Part shown: positions 59,316 through 64,000 of the stretch, piece after piece
How positions within the stretch are numbered: the stretch's first letter is position 1
Layout of the letters: each line of letters opens with the position of its first letter
Assembly (NCBI GenBank): GCA_963669175.1
Contig: OY769902.1
Location: 3,232,001 to 3,296,000, forward strand
DNA: 64,000 bases
DNA from: a bacterium
GTDB lineage: Bacteria > Electryoneota > Electryoneia > Electryoneales > Electryoneaceae
Reading direction: 5' to 3'
Translations under genes and position numbers: made by a program
Notes under the pieces: model-generated
What the model saw: only the letters and a program-made list of their open reading frames with translations
Database searches by the model: none
What the model was told of the DNA's origin: nothing

Positions 59316-61574
59316 ATGTCTGATCCATCAAAAGATAGAAGACCCAAGGATCCCAACGGTCCGGACGACCAGTTCGAGTGGAAGAAAGCTGCAAAGACAG
59401 TAGGTTTCTGGGCGATTCTTATACTTACTGTGATTGTTGTCTTGACCTACCTGAACCCGCAAAACCAGCAGGTGCGCTCCAAATCCTTCACAGAATACTG
59501 GAGCTTGCTGGAATCGGGAAAGATTGAATCTGCAGTTGTTGAAGAACGCAAATTCATCGGTGTGGAAAAAGGCCCTGGTGATCCCGAAACCCGCCAATTT
59601 GTCACCATACTCCCGCTGGACGAAACCGAGCAGTTGAGTCTGTGGCAGGAGAAGGGTGTTGAACTGACATTCAAGGAAAAGGACACCAACTGGCTTGGTG
59701 TTATCCTGACTTCCGTACTTCCCTGGGTCATCCTTATCGGTTTCTGGATATTCCTGATGCGACGCATGCAGGGTGGGGGGACCAAGGGGATCTTCAGCTT
59801 TGGCAAGAGCCGGGCAAAACTGCTTCTGGAAAACAAACCCAAAGTCACTTTTGATGATGTAGCCGGTGCGGAAGAAGCCAAGGAAGAACTGCAGGAAGTT
59901 ATTCAGTTCCTGAAAGATCCCAAGAAATTTGAGCGCCTTGGTGGACGCATCCCACGTGGCGCGCTGCTGGTTGGTCCTCCGGGAACCGGTAAAACCCTCC
60001 TTGGACGCGCTATCGCAGGCGAGGCCGGTGTTCCGTTCTTTTCCATGAGTGGCGCTGACTTTGTCGAGATGTTCGTCGGTGTCGGGGCGAGCCGTGTTCG
60101 TGACCTGTTTGATCAGGGCAAGAAACACGCTCCCTGTATCATCTTCATTGACGAAATTGATGCGGTAGGCCGTCAGCGTGGCGCTGGTCTTGGCGGTGGA
60201 CATGATGAACGTGAACAGACGCTGAACCAGTTGCTGGTTGAGATGGACGGATTTGAGGAAAACGTCGGCGTGATTCTGCTCGCTGCAACCAACCGTCCCG
60301 ATGTACTCGATCCGGCTTTGTTGCGTCCGGGACGTTTTGACCGCCAGATCGTCGTGGATCGACCGGATGTGCGAGGGCGTATCGGAATTCTGAAGGTTCA
60401 CGCCCGCAAGGTGCCGCTTAACGAGGATGTTGATCTGGAAGTCCTGGCAAAGGGCACACCTGGATTCTCCGGCGCTGATCTGGCCAATATGGTCAATGAG
60501 GCCGCATTACTTGCTGCACGTCGTGATGCGGATAAGGTGAACATGCGTGACTTCGAAGACGCCAAGGATAAGGTGATGATGGGCGCCGAGCGTCGCAGCA
60601 TGGTTATCAGCGAAGAAGAGAAGAAGCTGACCGCATATCATGAAGCCGGACACGCCCTGGTTGGTATGTTGACCCCCGGTAGCGATCCTGTGCATAAGGT
60701 CACGATTATTCCGCGTGGTCGGGCGCTTGGTGTTACCTCATACCTGCCAATAGACGAAAAGCATTCATGGTCGAAGAAATATATTGAAGGAAAGTTGCTG
60801 CACCTGATGGGTGGGCGCGCTGCTGAACGGTTGATCTTTGATGATTATACCAACGGCGCCGCTTCCGATATCCAGCAGGCGACCAACATCGCACGCAAGA
60901 TGGTGTGCGACTGGGGCATGAGTGAGAAAATCGGACCACTGGCGCTTGGACAGGGACAGGAAGAGGTGTTCCTGGGCCGCGAGTTCGGACATTCGAAAAC
61001 GTATTCTGAAGCAACCGCTATCGAGATTGATCGTGAAATCAAGCGCATTGTGATGACGGCTCAGAATACCGCCGTTGAATTGCTGGAAACCAATATTGAC
61101 AAACTTCATAGCATTGCCCAAGCATTACTGGAACGTGAGATTCTTGACGGTGATGAAGTTGTTATGCTGATGGACGGTAAAGAGCTCCCTCCGCCGGAAA
61201 AACGTGATCGTAATGGTGGTCGGAAGGCGAAAAAGAAGAGCGAGAAGGACGTATCCGACAGCGACAAGGAAAACGGAATCGACGAGACCGATTCTGACGA
61301 TATCGTGGAATCTGAAACTGATGACCGCTTGAAGAAGGTAGAAGAAGTATTGGCCCAATTGAATACTAAGAAGTCAGACGATTCTGATGATGAAACCGAG
61401 TCATCTGAACATACTGACGAGCAGCTCGAGCAGGCTGAACCGGATTCAGATGCTGAAGACTCAGGTGTGGCTGAACCGGCTGAAGAATCTGAAGATGAAA
61501 AAGCAGCTTCAGAACCGGAAGAAAAGAAAGCTTCCTCCGAATCCGATGAAAAGCCTGACTCCGAAAAGGAGTAG
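59316..61574 (+). CDS. ftsH: ATP-dependent zinc metalloprotease FtsH with a long acidic C-terminal tail
   Basis: Two TMs, [40 protein letters not shown]. Confidence 0.98.
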   Translation: MSDPSKDRRPKDPNGPDDQFEWKKAAKTVGFWAILILTVIVVLTYLNPQNQQVRSKSFTEYWSLLESGKIESAVVEERKFIGVEKGPGDPETRQFVTILPLDETEQLSLWQEKGVELTFKEKDTNWLGVILTSVLPWVILIGFWIFLMRRMQGGGTKGIFSFGKSRAKLLLENKPKVTFDDVAGAEEAKEELQEVIQFLKDPKKFERLGGRIPRGALLVGPPGTGKTLLGRAIAGEAGVPFFSMSGADFVEMFVGVGASRVRDLFDQGKKHAPCIIFIDEIDAVGRQRGAGLGGGHDEREQTLNQLLVEMDGFEENVGVILLAATNRPDVLDPALLRPGRFDRQIVVDRPDVRGRIGILKVHARKVPLNEDVDLEVLAKGTPGFSGADLANMVNEAALLAARRDADKVNMRDFEDAKDKVMMGAERRSMVISEEEKKLTAYHEAGHALVGMLTPGSDPVHKVTIIPRGRALGVTSYLPIDEKHSWSKKYIEGKLLHLMGGRAAERLIFDDYTNGAASDIQQATNIARKMVCDWGMSEKIGPLALGQGQEEVFLGREFGHSKTYSEATAIEIDREIKRIVMTAQNTAVELLETNIDKLHSIAQALLEREILDGDEVVMLMDGKELPPPEKRDRNGGRKAKKKSEKDVSDSDKENGIDETDSDDIVESETDDRLKKVEEVLAQLNTKKSDDSDDETESSEHTDEQLEQAEPDSDAEDSGVAEPAEESEDEKAASEPEEKKASSESDEKPDSEKE

Positions 61575-61597
61575 GAACTCTGTTGGTACAACCATTC

Positions 61598-61625
61598 AAC
61601 GCCTCTCGCACTCGAGGGGCGTTTT
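61598..61625 (+). terminator. Putative intrinsic terminator after ftsH
   Basis: AACGCCTCTCG-CACT-CGAGGGGCGTTTT. Confidence 0.65.
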
Positions 61626-61694
61626 CATTATTATAACTTCCTGAGGTTGGTCCGGCGACGCATTCCCGGAAACAAACGTAAGAGGTATTCGCAG

Positions 61695-62522
61695 ATGGAA
61701 ATCCCACACCGTTTTGTGTCCCCGAAGTGGATCGGGGGGCTGACCGGACTTATCGCCGGTTGGAGTGTTCTGGCCCATGCCGCGTACAAGCGTTGGGGCG
61801 CAGTAAGCCTAATCTATTCAGGGGGCTTGGCGCTTCTGTTTGTTGGCTATTTTCTCCTCGAGATCCTGCTTCGCCTGGTTCACTTGAAAAAACGCGGTGA
61901 AATGGACTATGAACAGCTACAGGCAGTCGTGGGGCTCTATTCCACACTCCAGCCCAAGCTTCCGTTGTTCCAGCTACGCCGATACGCGCTGGGACCGGAT
62001 TCCGCCAGTCTCTACGCCTATTATATCGGACTACGTCGTCCCGGTGTTGTCGTGGAACTGGGAAGCGGCGCTTCGACCGTAATCTCTGGAACACAGCTCA
62101 AGAAGAATAAAAAGGGCAAAGTCATTTCGATTGATGATGATGAGCATTGGGTGAAAGATACGCAGCAGATGCTCAAGGCCCAGGGATTGGATAAGGTGGC
62201 TGAAGTTCGGTATGCGCCACTAAAGACAATCAATTTTCAGGGCGAAACCAAACAGTACTATGATTTGTCCGTTCTGGATGATATCAAGGAAATCGATGTT
62301 CTCCTGGTAGATGGGCCGATTGACCGCTGGGATACGAAAAACAGGCTCCCGGGGATGTACCTGCTGGAAGATCGCCTTACCGAAAACGCTGTTGTCTTTG
62401 CGGATGATACGTTCCGTCCGAACTGGAAAGCCGCTGCAAAACTATGGGCGGACAAATTCGGATTCAAGGTGTGGGAACCATACCCGAACGATCACGAAAC
62501 TTTGATCATGGAACGCAAATAA
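61695..62522 (+). CDS. Membrane-anchored class I SAM-dependent methyltransferase (Methyltransf_24-like)
   Basis: Two N-terminal hydrophobic segments; VVELGSGAST, ISIDDD, LLVDGP, ADDTFR. Confidence 0.8.
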   Translation: MEIPHRFVSPKWIGGLTGLIAGWSVLAHAAYKRWGAVSLIYSGGLALLFVGYFLLEILLRLVHLKKRGEMDYEQLQAVVGLYSTLQPKLPLFQLRRYALGPDSASLYAYYIGLRRPGVVVELGSGASTVISGTQLKKNKKGKVISIDDDEHWVKDTQQMLKAQGLDKVAEVRYAPLKTINFQGETKQYYDLSVLDDIKEIDVLLVDGPIDRWDTKNRLPGMYLLEDRLTENAVVFADDTFRPNWKAAAKLWADKFGFKVWEPYPNDHETLIMERK

Positions 62523-62538
62523 GCGGGAATGGGCGCTC

Positions 62539-63408
62539 ATGCTGTGTTATCATGTGAGTGATCTTCATGGTCGAATAGACCGTTACAATAAGCTGTTCCA
62601 GCAGATCGCGGTTGAAAAACCGGATGCTGTGTTTATCGGTGGGGATATTTTTGCGCATAGCGGCTTCGGGATTATGCCTGGTGGTGGAGAACTCTACCAC
62701 CAGGATTTTTTAAATGACTTCATTGCCAATCAGCTTTTTCAATTGCGTGAATCCATGGGACGGTTCGATTATCCGTCGGTTTTCATCATCCTGGGCAATG
62801 ATGACCCACGCATGGAAGAGGCCAGTGTGCTGGATATTGCGGGACAAGGGCTCTGGCAATATGTGCATGATCGGCGGGTTCAATGGCGTCAATATGATAT
62901 TTATGGATATGCCATCGTACCGCCTTCACCGTTCCTGCGCAAAGACTGGGAAAAATATGATGTATCCCGCTACGTTGATCCCGGCTGCATTTCACCGGAA
63001 GACGGGAAACGATCTGTTCCGGTAAACCAGGACAGTATTCGGTACGGAACCATCAAACAGGATCTGGATTCACTGGCAGGTGATGAAGATTTAAGTAAGG
63101 CGATTTTCCTGTTTCACACGCCACCGTATAAAACAAAGCTTGACCGTGCCGCATTGGACGGTAAGATGATTGATTACGTCCCGCTGGATGTTCATGTCGG
63201 AAGTATTGCCGTACAGCGTTTTATCCGTGCCCGCCAACCACTCCTTACCCTCCATGGCCATGTTCATGAATCCACACGCCTCACCGGGCAGTGGCGTGAC
63301 ATGATTGGCCAGACCCACATGTTCAACGCTTCCTGTGATGGCGATGAGCTCTGTATTGTCCGCTTCGACCCGGAAATATTGGATCAGGCGAACAGGTTGA
63401 TGCTCTGA
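62539..63408 (+). CDS. Calcineurin-like metallophosphoesterase (Icc-related)
   Basis: SDLHG, GGDI, GNDD, HTPP, HVGS, LHGHVHE. Confidence 0.88.
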   Translation: MLCYHVSDLHGRIDRYNKLFQQIAVEKPDAVFIGGDIFAHSGFGIMPGGGELYHQDFLNDFIANQLFQLRESMGRFDYPSVFIILGNDDPRMEEASVLDIAGQGLWQYVHDRRVQWRQYDIYGYAIVPPSPFLRKDWEKYDVSRYVDPGCISPEDGKRSVPVNQDSIRYGTIKQDLDSLAGDEDLSKAIFLFHTPPYKTKLDRAALDGKMIDYVPLDVHVGSIAVQRFIRARQPLLTLHGHVHESTRLTGQWRDMIGQTHMFNASCDGDELCIVRFDPEILDQANRLML

Positions 63409-63439
63409 TAGCATACAGCCAATGAAATGACATGGGAGC

Positions 63440-63531
63440 GGCGAAAAATGGGACTGCTTTCTTTTCTTGTTTCTGATTCAGGATACGTGTGACAATGTTG
63501 AGGAAAAGGATACTGTACCGGATTTTTCGCC
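63440..63531. repeat. Diverged REP-like doublet of the GGAAAAGGGGAC family
   Basis: GAAAAATGGGACTGCTTTCTTTTC ... GAGGAAAAGGATACTGTACCGGATTTTTC; same inverted-pair layout and similar spacing to 35172-35255. Confidence 0.6.
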
Positions 63532-63734
63532 AGTGTGTTGTTCTAAACCAGTACTCGAAATAATTTCGCATCATGTCATCCCCTCCCCGAATGTTGTAGT
63601 CGGGGATCAACCGGGGATCTCGAAGTTTTGCTGTCCTATTCAACATGATTTATGCAACCTACTATAAACCCTGTCTCTTACCCACATCTTCTGAAAGCTG
63701 TATCAGTAAAAGAGTTGTGGACATAGCATTTTTA

Positions 63735-64000
63735 GAATCCCGGCGGGATTCCCTATTTTAGCATAGTGTACAGGCCGTCTGTTTGGCCTGTACACTATGT
63801 CAGGTATTCTAACGAATAATCAACCCTGGAAGGGTTGCATAATACGCGATTCATATTAGTACGTTCAATAAATACAGGAAATAACGCATTTTATATTCTA
63901 TACAAACCAATTGGGTGTAAATTATACGTTATGCAACCCTTCCAGGGTTGAGATAAGGTTTGATCTTTTTCGTAGGGTAGACGCTAAACAGACAGCGTCT
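63735..64000. repeat. Symmetric multi-hairpin REPIN-like element, truncated by the window end
   Basis: Perfect 23-bp inverted repeat at 63820-63842 / 63929-63951 (TCAACCCTGGAAGGGTTGCATAA); outer hairpins at 63762-63799 and 63971-64000 share the loop GTCTGTTT on opposite strands. Confidence 0.75.

Overview
A 64-kb stretch of bacterial chromosome, mostly core genes. Several secreted proteins carry T9SS-type 'YPNPFN' C-terminal domains, and chemotaxis and sigma-54 signalling genes are also present; together these suggest a non-Bacteroidetes member of the FCB group such as a Calditrichota/Electryoneota-like lineage (inference). In order, the window holds: a cell-envelope operon (class A PBP, SPOR protein, PfkB kinase, orphan DNA methyltransferase, M1 aminopeptidase); mpl; an atypical tRNA-Sec; a phoB-phoR-yjbQ operon followed by a TonB-dependent receptor and lipoprotein with 11-bp-periodic Pho-box-like repeats upstream; a four-gene bcbEFG-like glycan-modification module; a sigma-54 two-component system with an HDOD gene; an AmmeMemoRadiSam B-A fusion; C25 and M28 peptidases; tRNA-Val; a TPR-PAS-HisKA gene flanked by ~126-bp inverted repeats; Omp28-like and other CTD proteins; two paralogous lipoproteins; purD; arsR-acr3-arsC; tRNA-Pro; a chemoreceptor; and tilS-ftsH. 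Three distinct palindromic REP/REPIN-like repeat families occur in intergenic DNA. I found no transposase, integrase, CRISPR array, rRNA or reverse transcriptase. The best candidates for something undescribed are the inverted-repeat-flanked, ATPase-less sensor cassette beside tRNA-Val, the putative Pho-regulated TBDR/lipoprotein uptake module, and the non-canonical tRNA-Sec. All protein calls come from motif recognition by eye, not from database searches.
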